Shown here one piece after another: positions 7,489 to 16,229 of a stretch of DNA of 64,000 bases. Below the pieces are notes generated by a model, which was not told the origin of the DNA, ran no database searches, and saw only the letters and a list, made by a program, of their open reading frames with translations. The stretch is taken from the sequence record LC765218.1. One strand, 5' to 3'. The first letter of the stretch is position 1. Each line of letters starts with the position of its first letter. Position numbers and translations under genes: made by a program.

Positions 7489-9714
7489 ATGAAAGACCTT
7501 AAATCTCTGTTCAAAGTGAACGGCGACCGCGACCTGACTCGTTTCTCCATGGAATCCTTCCTTGGTAAACTGGACCTGGAAAAAGACTACGGCGACAGCA
7601 TCCTGTCCGCTGGTAGCAAACTGATTAGTAAGATCGGTCTGGAAAACTTCGGCCAACTGAGCGACGAAGATGCTCAAAGTGCTGCTGGTATGTACGCTAG
7701 CCTGCAAAAAGTTGCCCGTCAGTGTGGCTTCGAATCCTTCGAAGGCGCTAACAGCCGTGTAGGCGAAAACCAACTGTCCGCTGCCACCATGGCTGCCCTG
7801 GCAATGTCCAACTCCACTGAGTACGTTAAGGCTCTGAAACAAGTTGGTAAGAAAATTGCTTCCACTGACAAGAACGTCATTTCGGTTGAACACCGTTTCG
7901 ACGGCCCGGCTGGTTCGATCCAAACTTTCGAAGCTGCTGCTGGCGTCGGTCTGGAAAACTACAACGAGAAATCCCAGCGTGACTTCCGCGTTGTGACCGT
8001 TGGTTATAACCTGGCCGCTTCCCGTCAGGATGAGTTCGCTGAGCGTATCTATCCGACCACCGTTATCAACCCGATTGAAGGTGGTGTTGTTCAGGTTCTT
8101 CCGTACATCGCGGTAATGAAAGACGTTTACCACGCTGTTTCCGGTCAGAAGCTCGACAACCAAGAAGTCAACATGGTTGAAGCCTATCGTGATCCGTCCA
8201 TCCTGGACGACGAGTGCACTGCACTGATCCCGGCTATCGATCCTGCTGGCACTAACCTGAAGTACTTCGCTGATCCGGCTCTGCTGCCTCCGGTAACCGT
8301 TATCAACGAACAAAACATGTCCATCGAAACTGCTCCGCTGAAGCCGGGCGTTAAACTGGACCTGATGGGTAACTCGAACGCCAACCTGCTGATCAACAAA
8401 GGCATGCTGGACATTTCGGATACCATCGATCCGTCGGGCCGCCTGAAGGCTCTGTACGTTAAGTTCCAAGGTAAAGTCATCAAGTTCCAAACTGAACGTC
8501 TGCCGCGCGCAGTGTTCCAGCCGGACCTGGTTGGTGATACCCGCGGTGCCAAGATCGACTTCTGGTCGGATGACCTGACTGTTTCGGCCGTAACCCGCAC
8601 TACTGACGCTGCACAAACTGCTGGCATGAAAGAACTGGAACAACGTAAGTGGGTTCTGCGTCTGAGCATGCAATTCAGTGGTCACATCAGCCTGAGCCGT
8701 GGCGATAGCCGTTTCACCATCGGTGAAGTAACTATCGATCGCATCCTGGACGAAGACAAGCGTCGCATCGACCTGGAAACTGGCGATGGTAAAGCTCTGG
8801 CCGACAGCATTGGCGAAATGGAAATCGTTGGTTTCGACCTCGACACCCGCTTCACCAACACTAACCGCCGTCAGCGTGGTCACCTGCTGCAAACTCGTGC
8901 CCTGCAATTCCGTCACCCGATTCCGATGCATGCTCCGGTTACCCTGCCGCTGAGCACCATGGACGAAGAAGGTCCGGGCGAAGTTGTTAAGGCTCTGACT
9001 GTCAACACCAACATCCGTAACAGCAACAACGCTGTTAAGCGCCTGCTGAACTACCTGGCTCAGCTGAAAGAAGTAACCGCTAACGGTTTCGACCGTCCGC
9101 AGTTCGGTGCTGTTGAAGGTGCTCTGTCCGCAGTAATGCGTCCGACCTACCGCTACAAGAAGCTGCACCTGCCTGACATGATCGACACCCTGAAGTCGCA
9201 AGACCGTTGGGAAGACGTCTGCTCGGCAATCCTGAACGCTGTTAAAGGTGTACTGTTCCCGGCTTACCGTGAATCCAACATCGAAGCAGCTTTCCGCGTG
9301 ATCTCCGGTAACCAAGACGAGCGTCCGATGTTCCTGTTCTGCTCGGACAAAGAGATCGCTAACTACCTGATGACCAAGGGCGACGATCGTACCCTGGGCG
9401 CTTACCTGGAATACGACCTGGTATCGACCAACAACGAACTGTTCGACGGCAAGCTGGTAGTGATTCCGACCCGTAAGACTCCGCAAGAGAACGACATCCT
9501 CAGCTTCGGTCAATTCTACTACGTATCGACCGTAATCGCCGACCTGCCGATCACCCGTGGTGGCCAGCAAGTTACTCGCGAAATCGCTGCGATTCCGTTC
9601 AACCTGCACGTTAACAACATCCCGTTCGCTCTCGAATTCGACGTTACTGGCTTCGAAGAAGTGATGGGTGAGTCTCAGTGGAACAAGCCCCTGGTTGAAG
9701 CCGTAAAAGGTTGA
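7489..9714 (+). CDS. Major capsid protein precursor (phiKZ gp120-like)
   Basis: 741 aa with extreme high-expression codon bias; N-terminal propeptide with repeated S/G-X-E protease sites; size and position match phiKZ gp120. Confidence 0.93.
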   Translation: MKDLKSLFKVNGDRDLTRFSMESFLGKLDLEKDYGDSILSAGSKLISKIGLENFGQLSDEDAQSAAGMYASLQKVARQCGFESFEGANSRVGENQLSAATMAALAMSNSTEYVKALKQVGKKIASTDKNVISVEHRFDGPAGSIQTFEAAAGVGLENYNEKSQRDFRVVTVGYNLAASRQDEFAERIYPTTVINPIEGGVVQVLPYIAVMKDVYHAVSGQKLDNQEVNMVEAYRDPSILDDECTALIPAIDPAGTNLKYFADPALLPPVTVINEQNMSIETAPLKPGVKLDLMGNSNANLLINKGMLDISDTIDPSGRLKALYVKFQGKVIKFQTERLPRAVFQPDLVGDTRGAKIDFWSDDLTVSAVTRTTDAAQTAGMKELEQRKWVLRLSMQFSGHISLSRGDSRFTIGEVTIDRILDEDKRRIDLETGDGKALADSIGEMEIVGFDLDTRFTNTNRRQRGHLLQTRALQFRHPIPMHAPVTLPLSTMDEEGPGEVVKALTVNTNIRNSNNAVKRLLNYLAQLKEVTANGFDRPQFGAVEGALSAVMRPTYRYKKLHLPDMIDTLKSQDRWEDVCSAILNAVKGVLFPAYRESNIEAAFRVISGNQDERPMFLFCSDKEIANYLMTKGDDRTLGAYLEYDLVSTNNELFDGKLVVIPTRKTPQENDILSFGQFYYVSTVIADLPITRGGQQVTREIAAIPFNLHVNNIPFALEFDVTGFEEVMGESQWNKPLVEAVKG

Positions 9715-9798
9715 ACTGGAAAGGGTACCTTCCGTAAGCTTGAAAATGGTACTACCCGTTATCTTGAAGACGGAGTGGCCCGCCGCCTAGAGCGGTAA
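9715..9798 (+). other. Putative stop-codon readthrough extension of the capsid protein (TGKGTFRKLENGTTRYLEDGVARRLER*)
   Basis: 27 in-frame sense codons after TGA; last 21 aa are 11/21 identical, ungapped, to the C-terminus of CDS 36051..36584; no independent start codon or RBS. Confidence 0.7.
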
Positions 9799-9822
9799 AG
9801 CGGAAGTGTTAAGCTGACTGCT

Positions 9823-9864
9823 GGCATAACAGCCTCTACCTTCGGGTAGAGGCTTTATGTCGTC
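9823..9864. terminator. CATA/TATG-arm hairpin terminating the capsid transcript
   Basis: GGCATAAC-AGCCTCTACC-TTCG-GGTAGAGGCT-TTATGTCGTC. Confidence 0.85.
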
Positions 9865-9884
9865 ATTAAAAAATATTTCAAATC

Positions 9885-9892
9885 TATATTAC
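9885..9892 (+). promoter_or_regulatory. Putative early (virion RNAP) promoter TATATTAC
   Basis: Exact phiKZ early motif with an AT-rich upstream tract (AAAAAATATTTCAAATC), heading the unit that contains the nvRNAP subunit. Confidence 0.65.
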
Positions 9893-9930
9893 GGTATTGA
9901 AGAATCATTCCCTAATTAGAGGATCAGACA

Positions 9931-10410
9931 ATGTTCTGGAATACACACGGGCATCATGTTGAGCAAGAGCTCACTGATTCCCAAATGAATCCTGGCGACA
10001 TTGTCGTCATGAAAGAAAATACTACGGTTAGTAATAATACGTCTAACCAAACCAATTCTCAAACCACCACTACTATTCATCCTACCCAGGATGAGAATAT
10101 GTTCCATTTTGCTAATCGCTTCGAGAAGCAAATAAGACATGTTAATATATCCAATGGCCGTTGTTATGAATCGGGAGGTACCCCTGAAGAAAAACAACGT
10201 TCGCGCAACACGCGGAAGGGTAAAGGTAAAACGCGTGTTGCGCATGGGAAACGTGGAGACAGAAATCATAGAGATTCGAAAGCATCCCAAACGAGTCGAT
10301 ATGAACCTAGTCAAGAACGGAGTAGGCCCAAAGGACGTAAAGTAGAAATGGTATTGGATAGGATTGTTTTAAATGGTAAAGATCAACCGTTCCCGTGCGG
10401 GTCATATTGA
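9931..10410 (+). CDS. Hypothetical low-complexity/basic protein (159 aa)
   Basis: RBS GAGGA at good spacing after the early promoter; overlaps a second plausible ORF and the next gene, so its extent is uncertain. Confidence 0.5.
   Translation: MFWNTHGHHVEQELTDSQMNPGDIVVMKENTTVSNNTSNQTNSQTTTTIHPTQDENMFHFANRFEKQIRHVNISNGRCYESGGTPEEKQRSRNTRKGKGKTRVAHGKRGDRNHRDSKASQTSRYEPSQERSRPKGRKVEMVLDRIVLNGKDQPFPCGSY
10139..10345 (+). CDS. Small basic protein in an alternative frame (up to 68 aa)
   Basis: Protein-like sequence (KVKRVLRMGNVETEIIEIRK) ending 27 nt before the next gene; start uncertain. Confidence 0.4.
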   Translation: MLIYPMAVVMNREVPLKKNNVRATRGRVKVKRVLRMGNVETEIIEIRKHPKRVDMNLVKNGVGPKDVK

Positions 10411-11410
10411 GGACGATCCCGTACTGGAGTGTCCTCTTGACACATCGTACATGGACAGATGGCAGACATCTGTTTTCCAAAACATTTTCTTCGGTCAAGG
10501 TCTCGTCGATAAACGTGTACGTTACTTAAACCAATCGACGCATGAAATAAGTATTATCGATGGAACAGGTATTGTCCTGGATCTACCGGGTACTAACCGT
10601 ATTGAAAATAGACTTGTTATTTGTATCAACTTTACATGGGGTGGCGATGTAGAACTTAATATCGGGGCGATGATTAAACATTGGCCTAATCTCACTCAAG
10701 AATATCTGGAACAACTAGTAGGTTCTGTTAAGAACAAAGGAACCAACACGCCATGTGAACTGGATTTCTATTTCATTGTTGACCTTGACCACATCGATAC
10801 CGATCCTTATGGGCTTTGGATCGAAGCGCTCAACGTTCAAGTAGTTTCCACAGATCGAGCGAAGAAGACTACATTCTTCCCGCGCGATTGTTTCTTCTCG
10901 AAGAACGATGAACTCTACCGTCAGGAAGATATCATCTGGACTACTACTACAACTGTTGCTTATTTCGTAGACGATGAGCGTATAACCGAAAGTGTATTTA
11001 TGCCATTCGGCAGCGATCTACTTGAGGTAAAGCCTGTCTTCATGCCAGATATGCCTGTTGGTATTCATATTAACCTAAGGGGTAATGTGACATTTGCAGC
11101 ACGACGGGATAATGCGAAAGCGATTGTTATCAAACCTGGAGACTTTAAGAAGTATGGCATCTATTCCAGTTTACGTGAATGGAGAGAAGCTGTAAAGGAA
11201 AGTACAAAAGGAATGTCAAAGGAAGATGCTCAGAGACGTATGGATTGTTTTGATATGTTCCATCGACATCTATACGACGAAGAACTCGAACCTTTGGCTG
11301 TGAGAGATATCATCCTGTTTAGGGATATATCAGTTGGAACTGTCATGGACTTCTTAGCTGAAGTAGCCAAGGCAGATGCATTGCTCGAAAAGATATTCCG
11401 AAAGCGATAG
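10373..11410 (+). CDS. Hypothetical protein (345 aa; phiKZ gp122 position)
   Basis: Long ORF with RBS GGATAGG, directly upstream of the nvRNAP subunit. Confidence 0.85.
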   Translation: MVKINRSRAGHIEDDPVLECPLDTSYMDRWQTSVFQNIFFGQGLVDKRVRYLNQSTHEISIIDGTGIVLDLPGTNRIENRLVICINFTWGGDVELNIGAMIKHWPNLTQEYLEQLVGSVKNKGTNTPCELDFYFIVDLDHIDTDPYGLWIEALNVQVVSTDRAKKTTFFPRDCFFSKNDELYRQEDIIWTTTTTVAYFVDDERITESVFMPFGSDLLEVKPVFMPDMPVGIHINLRGNVTFAARRDNAKAIVIKPGDFKKYGIYSSLREWREAVKESTKGMSKEDAQRRMDCFDMFHRHLYDEELEPLAVRDIILFRDISVGTVMDFLAEVAKADALLEKIFRKR

Positions 11411-11415
11411 GAGGG

Positions 11416-13044
11416 GTGATGGACCCGTACGTAATCAGTAGGATTGATGGTGTCATACCCAAGCTAAATAAAGATTTAGCCAATGGGCTTGCAGTAAAGC
11501 ACATGATGGAGATCAACCCAGAAACAGGCATGAACGCAACTCGTGCATATGTTGATAAGTTGTTTGAAATCAACTCGGCGCTATTCCCTGCTGACTTCAA
11601 GTATCATGGAAACCGTCTGTGTAAACCCGAAGTTCATTTCGAAGAGATAACCCGTGAGTATGGCTCTAAGCGTGTAGCAAATATCGCCGAGAGTAATACG
11701 TACATGATCGAGCTGATCACTAGCTATAAAGGCGAAATGATGTTCCCACGAAGGGTACTATTGCCATATGTTCGTGATGGTGGTATCTGTACGCTCAATG
11801 GTGCAACCTATTCGATCTCTCCGGTGTTGACTGATGTCGGCTTCTCGGTATTGAATGGCAGTATCTTCATTCCATTCCGGCGTGCCAAACTGACGTTTAA
11901 GCAAGTTGACCACCACTACATGTGTAATGGTCAGCGTGAAGTGATGTATGTGATCTGGTCTCAGATTCACAACGAAATGTCTAAACGCACTAAACGTGAT
12001 TTGGATAACCGGCAGCACATCGAGTCGTGTCTTGCACATTACTTCTTCTGTGAGTTTGGTGTCGTTGAAACGTTCAAGCGTTGGGCTGGAGTAGATATCC
12101 AAATTGGATATCTGAAAGACTTTCCTGAGTCCCAGTATCCGCGTGATCAATGGAACGTTTATGAATCTGCGGTTCTGAAACGTCGTCATCCAACTGGAGA
12201 TATGGTTCTGGTTCTACCCAAAGACAAGGAGACAGACTTTGTCCGTCGACTCGTTGCAGGGTTCTGGTACGTCGTAGATGCATTCCCAAGCCGGTTCTAC
12301 GAGCCGAGCTACATGGATAATAAACAGCTATGGCGAATCATTCTCGGTCTGATGATCTTTGGTGACTTCGAGCATCAAGGTAAAATTGCTGAGAACATTG
12401 AATCTCACCTGGATAGCTTCAACAACTCTCTGGATGAGATGACCATTGAAGAACTTCGTTCAGTTGGAGTGAAAGTCAATACCATCTGGGAACTGCTATA
12501 TGCGATCATGACAGATATGGCACACCATCTGTATGCCACTGACATTGATGAAACTAGTATGTACGACAAACGCCTGAGTATTCTTAGGTATGTGATGGCA
12601 GAGTTTAACTATGCTGTCTCCATGTTTGCGTATACGTTCCAAGGTCGTAAAGATAAAGAGTGGACTGGACAGGAAATCAACGATGCCCTGAAACGTTCAT
12701 TCAAACTCAATACGTGCATTAAGAAACTTACCAGTGAACACGGTGAGCTCGACACACTGTCGTCTCCTGGTGATAGCAAGGTTATTAAAGTAACCTCGAT
12801 CCTTGTACCGCAGGATCGCGCGAAGACTTCTAAAGCACACAACAAATCACTAATCGGTGATAGCTCTCGTCTAATCCACGCTTCGATCGCGGAGGTGGGC
12901 CAATACAAAAACCAACCGAAAAACAACCCGGATGGTCGTGGCCGACTAAACCTCTTCGTCGGAGTTAGATACGACGGATTGGTTGAACGACGTGAAGAAG
13001 ATCGTGAACTTATTGACAAAGCTCAACAACGTTTTGTCTCTTAA
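11416..13044 (+). CDS. Non-virion RNA polymerase beta-like subunit, N-terminal part (phiKZ gp123-like)
   Basis: 542 aa; GGICTLNGATYSISPVL resembles the beta G-x-F-I-I-N-G region; C-terminal NNPDGRGRLN; size and synteny match gp123. Confidence 0.85.
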   Translation: MMDPYVISRIDGVIPKLNKDLANGLAVKHMMEINPETGMNATRAYVDKLFEINSALFPADFKYHGNRLCKPEVHFEEITREYGSKRVANIAESNTYMIELITSYKGEMMFPRRVLLPYVRDGGICTLNGATYSISPVLTDVGFSVLNGSIFIPFRRAKLTFKQVDHHYMCNGQREVMYVIWSQIHNEMSKRTKRDLDNRQHIESCLAHYFFCEFGVVETFKRWAGVDIQIGYLKDFPESQYPRDQWNVYESAVLKRRHPTGDMVLVLPKDKETDFVRRLVAGFWYVVDAFPSRFYEPSYMDNKQLWRIILGLMIFGDFEHQGKIAENIESHLDSFNNSLDEMTIEELRSVGVKVNTIWELLYAIMTDMAHHLYATDIDETSMYDKRLSILRYVMAEFNYAVSMFAYTFQGRKDKEWTGQEINDALKRSFKLNTCIKKLTSEHGELDTLSSPGDSKVIKVTSILVPQDRAKTSKAHNKSLIGDSSRLIHASIAEVGQYKNQPKNNPDGRGRLNLFVGVRYDGLVERREEDRELIDKAQQRFVS

Positions 13045-13067
13045 ACTTCTCAAATAGGAAAAGTCAG

Positions 13068-15131
13068 ATGTACAACCAACAAGCTCAACTCCCGGTATCC
13101 TGCCAACAAGTCGATCAGAGTACCTTTAATGGTAATCTGCCTCATGGCAATGACCGGGTACCTCAACTCCAACTCAGCCAGAACCTGATGAATAACCAAC
13201 AGCTGGTGCTCATGGCTATTGGTCTGTTCCGTGGGCTTGCGCAATCGTCGGTTGGAAAAAGCAACCTTCATATTTTCGCGTACAACCTGCTGTCGTCGAA
13301 CTGGTTCCAAAACCAGATCTTCCAACAATGGTGTCAGCACCTGGTGGATTTCGTTGAGTTCCTGTGTGTCTGCAAGAACTACAGTCAGACGGATGCTCCG
13401 CCGAAAGCTGCACAGCGTATGTATGAAGCGTTCCTTGGTCAATGCGTTGCATCGTATCCTGCTCTCGTGCAAATGGGTGCAGTTCCGCAACATATGTTCC
13501 AAGGTCTGCAAACTGCTCAAGCCATGTATCAGCAGATCCTCCAAGAGATTCAAGCGTACAAATCTGGTAACTATCGTCCCCAACAACAGCAAATGGGAAT
13601 GATGGGTCAACCGCAAGGTATCCAGATGGCAGGTAATTTGCCTCCCATTAACCCAGGTAACATGGGACAGTTCGCAACAACCACCCAAGCTACTTTCTCT
13701 CAACCCGCTGGTACTTATGGCGCAGCGCCAAACACGGTATCGAGCACCACCAGTTCGTATTACGATGATACTCCGGCTGCATCTGCTCCCCTGATGCCGA
13801 AGGAAGAGATCAGTACTGATATTTACGGTGGCTACTCCCATCAACAGGAGCAACAACCGATGTACAGTCAACAACCGCAAGTGCAAAATACACCCGTTGT
13901 GGAAGATACTGATCTCCCTGTTCCGATCGACGTATCTCAGGTGATGATCGATCCGATGTATTACCAACCTACTGGTTTCCGTGTAAACATCGCTCGTCCT
14001 TACGATGAGATTCATAACCCTGGGGGAATTCTGATTAAACCGGCACAACTGGTTGATTGGGAACGGACCGTTGGTGATGAAGATCCGTACAGTCCTCTGG
14101 TTGATCCGGAACACTATTGCCGTTTCTTCGTCAAGTTCCCCGATGGTGTAGTAAAAGAGAAATTCATTGAATGGAACCCGCAAATGGAATACCTGAAACA
14201 CGAACTGAATGATGACCTGCGTCGTCGTGAATATCGTCCTAACGGTGTGGTATATGCTTCCACCACTCCCATCTCTACTATCGGTGGAGATGCAATGGGT
14301 ATTGAAGAAGTAGAAAGCCTCGTCAAGGATAATGAACTCGGTGAAGCGGCGGCAATGCGTCCGATCATTCTTGATAATAAGATGTTCATGGGTGCTAACG
14401 ATCTCGAAAACGAATCTGAAGCACGTGCTGCTGTTCGGGAACTCCTGAACATTGGTGACGACGAAGAATCGCAGTCGATCACACTGCCTGCACACGAATA
14501 TAAATCGATGAGCATCTATCACATGGATGTTAGCGATGAAACCTTCGAGCAGCTGAGTAATCTGCGTAACTATACCGATCTGATCGGGATTGCTACCGAA
14601 CTGAAAGAAATGGTAAATCGCGGTCAACTGAGCATCCGCTATTTCCGTTTCCTGAATGATCGTCTGACCGATTCCATCAATGACTTCATGGCAGATAGCC
14701 TGTCGATCCAAAATATCACCATCAGTGATTTCGCACATGACATCGGTGATCTGCTGGATTACATCAGTAACAAGAAAGGTGTGCAAGTACTGCAAATCAT
14801 CAAAGCGTGTGCAGCTCAAATTATCGCTCGTTCGGTAACGATGGCTGAGGTTGATGATATCCGTGGTGTTGCCGATCAGTACGTTAACTTCCAGGTAGGT
14901 TGGACTCTTGAACAGATGGCCACTCTGAACGTTCTGACCGAGAAAGCCGTCCTTGTTTCTGAAGGAACTCACCCTACTGTTCGTGAAGTGCTGAAAGGTA
15001 TGATCACTCGTGCTACGGCATCTGGCCTTGCTAATGTCCGTATGCGGTTGATCACCGTTGATGGCGTTTACATGGAAGTTATTCGTGGACGTCTGACCGA
15101 GAAAGCGGTTCTGTTGAAGCGCCTGAAGTAA
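13068..15131 (+). CDS. Large hypothetical protein with Gln/Pro-rich disordered linker (phiKZ gp124 position)
   Basis: 687 aa; PQQQQMGMMGQPQGIQMAG...QQEQQPMYSQQPQVQ segment; high-expression codon bias. Confidence 0.85.
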   Translation: MYNQQAQLPVSCQQVDQSTFNGNLPHGNDRVPQLQLSQNLMNNQQLVLMAIGLFRGLAQSSVGKSNLHIFAYNLLSSNWFQNQIFQQWCQHLVDFVEFLCVCKNYSQTDAPPKAAQRMYEAFLGQCVASYPALVQMGAVPQHMFQGLQTAQAMYQQILQEIQAYKSGNYRPQQQQMGMMGQPQGIQMAGNLPPINPGNMGQFATTTQATFSQPAGTYGAAPNTVSSTTSSYYDDTPAASAPLMPKEEISTDIYGGYSHQQEQQPMYSQQPQVQNTPVVEDTDLPVPIDVSQVMIDPMYYQPTGFRVNIARPYDEIHNPGGILIKPAQLVDWERTVGDEDPYSPLVDPEHYCRFFVKFPDGVVKEKFIEWNPQMEYLKHELNDDLRRREYRPNGVVYASTTPISTIGGDAMGIEEVESLVKDNELGEAAAMRPIILDNKMFMGANDLENESEARAAVRELLNIGDDEESQSITLPAHEYKSMSIYHMDVSDETFEQLSNLRNYTDLIGIATELKEMVNRGQLSIRYFRFLNDRLTDSINDFMADSLSIQNITISDFAHDIGDLLDYISNKKGVQVLQIIKACAAQIIARSVTMAEVDDIRGVADQYVNFQVGWTLEQMATLNVLTEKAVLVSEGTHPTVREVLKGMITRATASGLANVRMRLITVDGVYMEVIRGRLTEKAVLLKRLK

Positions 15132-15162
15132 ACATAAGTGTCCCTCTTCGGAGGGACCTTTT
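15132..15162 (+). terminator. CATA-arm hairpin element
   Basis: ACATAAGT-GTCCCTC-TTCG-GAGGGAC-CTTTT. Confidence 0.8.
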
Positions 15163-15176
15163 CATAGGAAAATGAG

Positions 15177-15587
15177 ATGTTATCATTTGAAAATGGAGTA
15201 GGCGTAGAATTCATTGCTTTAGATCGACTTCCAAAATACATGCATGTGAATTATGAAGTCAGTAAGTTTAGCAATGATATTCGTTCCGGCGTGATCGCTT
15301 GTGAGTTTGGTCATCCTAAGATGACAGGTAACATTGAAACAGACTACAAACGAGCAACATCCATCAACTGCAATAATGGTGCAGCTTTAGTACTCGGTAT
15401 CGACCCTGTACATGAGAAAGCTAAACTCATTGGCTTCAACGTATACATCCGTCCATTCGGGCCCAATCATGATCGGATGCATGCGATGATCAAGAACGAT
15501 ATTCCAATGCGACTTGGTGTACGCGGCCTCAAGAATGCGGCTGGTGTATTGAAAGAAATTATCACATTCGACATATTGTCAGATTGA
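15177..15587 (+). CDS. Prohead-protease-fold paralogue 1, catalytic Ser absent
   Basis: CEFGHP...R..SI....IRPFGP...LGVRGL mirrors the GELNHP...GP...GVSSRG motifs of T4 gp21/phiKZ gp175-type proteases, with Gly at the Ser position. Confidence 0.6.
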   Translation: MLSFENGVGVEFIALDRLPKYMHVNYEVSKFSNDIRSGVIACEFGHPKMTGNIETDYKRATSINCNNGAALVLGIDPVHEKAKLIGFNVYIRPFGPNHDRMHAMIKNDIPMRLGVRGLKNAAGVLKEIITFDILSD

Positions 15588-15591
15588 TAAC

Positions 15592-15620
15592 TAGCCCCTC
15601 ATTAGAGGGGCTATATGTCC
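15592..15620. terminator. TATG-arm hairpin element
   Basis: TAGCCCCTC-ATTA-GAGGGGCTA-TATGTCC. Confidence 0.75.
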
Positions 15621-15636
15621 CTCTAGGAGCAGAGTA

Positions 15637-16176
15637 ATGAAATTCGAAAAACTACCGAATGCCAAATATCGGGTAACCGTTTCCTTCGATGAAATGCGCC
15701 AACGTATGGTCGCTGGTATTCGCCGGGATCTTGCCGTACTCGGTGAAGAACGAGTAGAAGCAATCGTTGAAAATGCATTTGGTTTGAGTCAACTTCACCT
15801 GTGGGTGAATTCTTCTTTTGTTAAGAAGAATGAACTCCTGTTGACAGGAATCGAATTAGGTCATCCCCAAGTAAAAGTATCTTCACTTGAAAATATTATT
15901 CTTCGTTCTCTAGTAGTAGATGCAAATCGTGTATGTGCTACTATTGATAGTTGGTCCATTCAATATAGTAACACCATCAATACACCACATGTATTGATTT
16001 TGGATGTTACCGCAGCAGGTCCCTTGGCCCGTGATCTGAATGCCCTTTATAATCTGCTTCCTCTTACAGTTGGGTTTAGATATCAACTGAATGACAATGA
16101 GCAGGTGGTTGATATTGTAGGTATCGATATCCTCTATGAAGATGATTTCGATAATCCTGTATTTAAAGATAAATAA
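15637..16176 (+). CDS. Prohead-protease-fold paralogue 2, catalytic Ser absent
   Basis: IELGHP...R..VVDANRVCATI...VTAAGP...VGFRY; same motif order as the neighbouring ORF; RBS AGGAG. Confidence 0.6.
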   Translation: MKFEKLPNAKYRVTVSFDEMRQRMVAGIRRDLAVLGEERVEAIVENAFGLSQLHLWVNSSFVKKNELLLTGIELGHPQVKVSSLENIILRSLVVDANRVCATIDSWSIQYSNTINTPHVLILDVTAAGPLARDLNALYNLLPLTVGFRYQLNDNEQVVDIVGIDILYEDDFDNPVFKDK

Positions 16177-16229
16177 CGCCTATATCACAGAGGTGATATA
16201 AATACACTCTATCAAAAGGAAATTGCAAA

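Noticed and set aside
7396-9609. 737-aa antisense ORF opposite the capsid gene
   Set aside because: Shadow ORF caused by strong codon bias of the sense gene; no RBS and non-protein-like composition
9712-9760. Selenocysteine insertion (SECIS) as the cause of capsid UGA readthrough
   Set aside because: The downstream hairpin is weak, too close to the UGA and unlike a bacterial SECIS; there is no redox context. Near-cognate readthrough is simpler
13050-14972. 640-aa antisense ORF; likewise 39513-41186, 47421-48788 and 57456-59261
   Set aside because: Each mirrors a well-supported gene on the opposite strand
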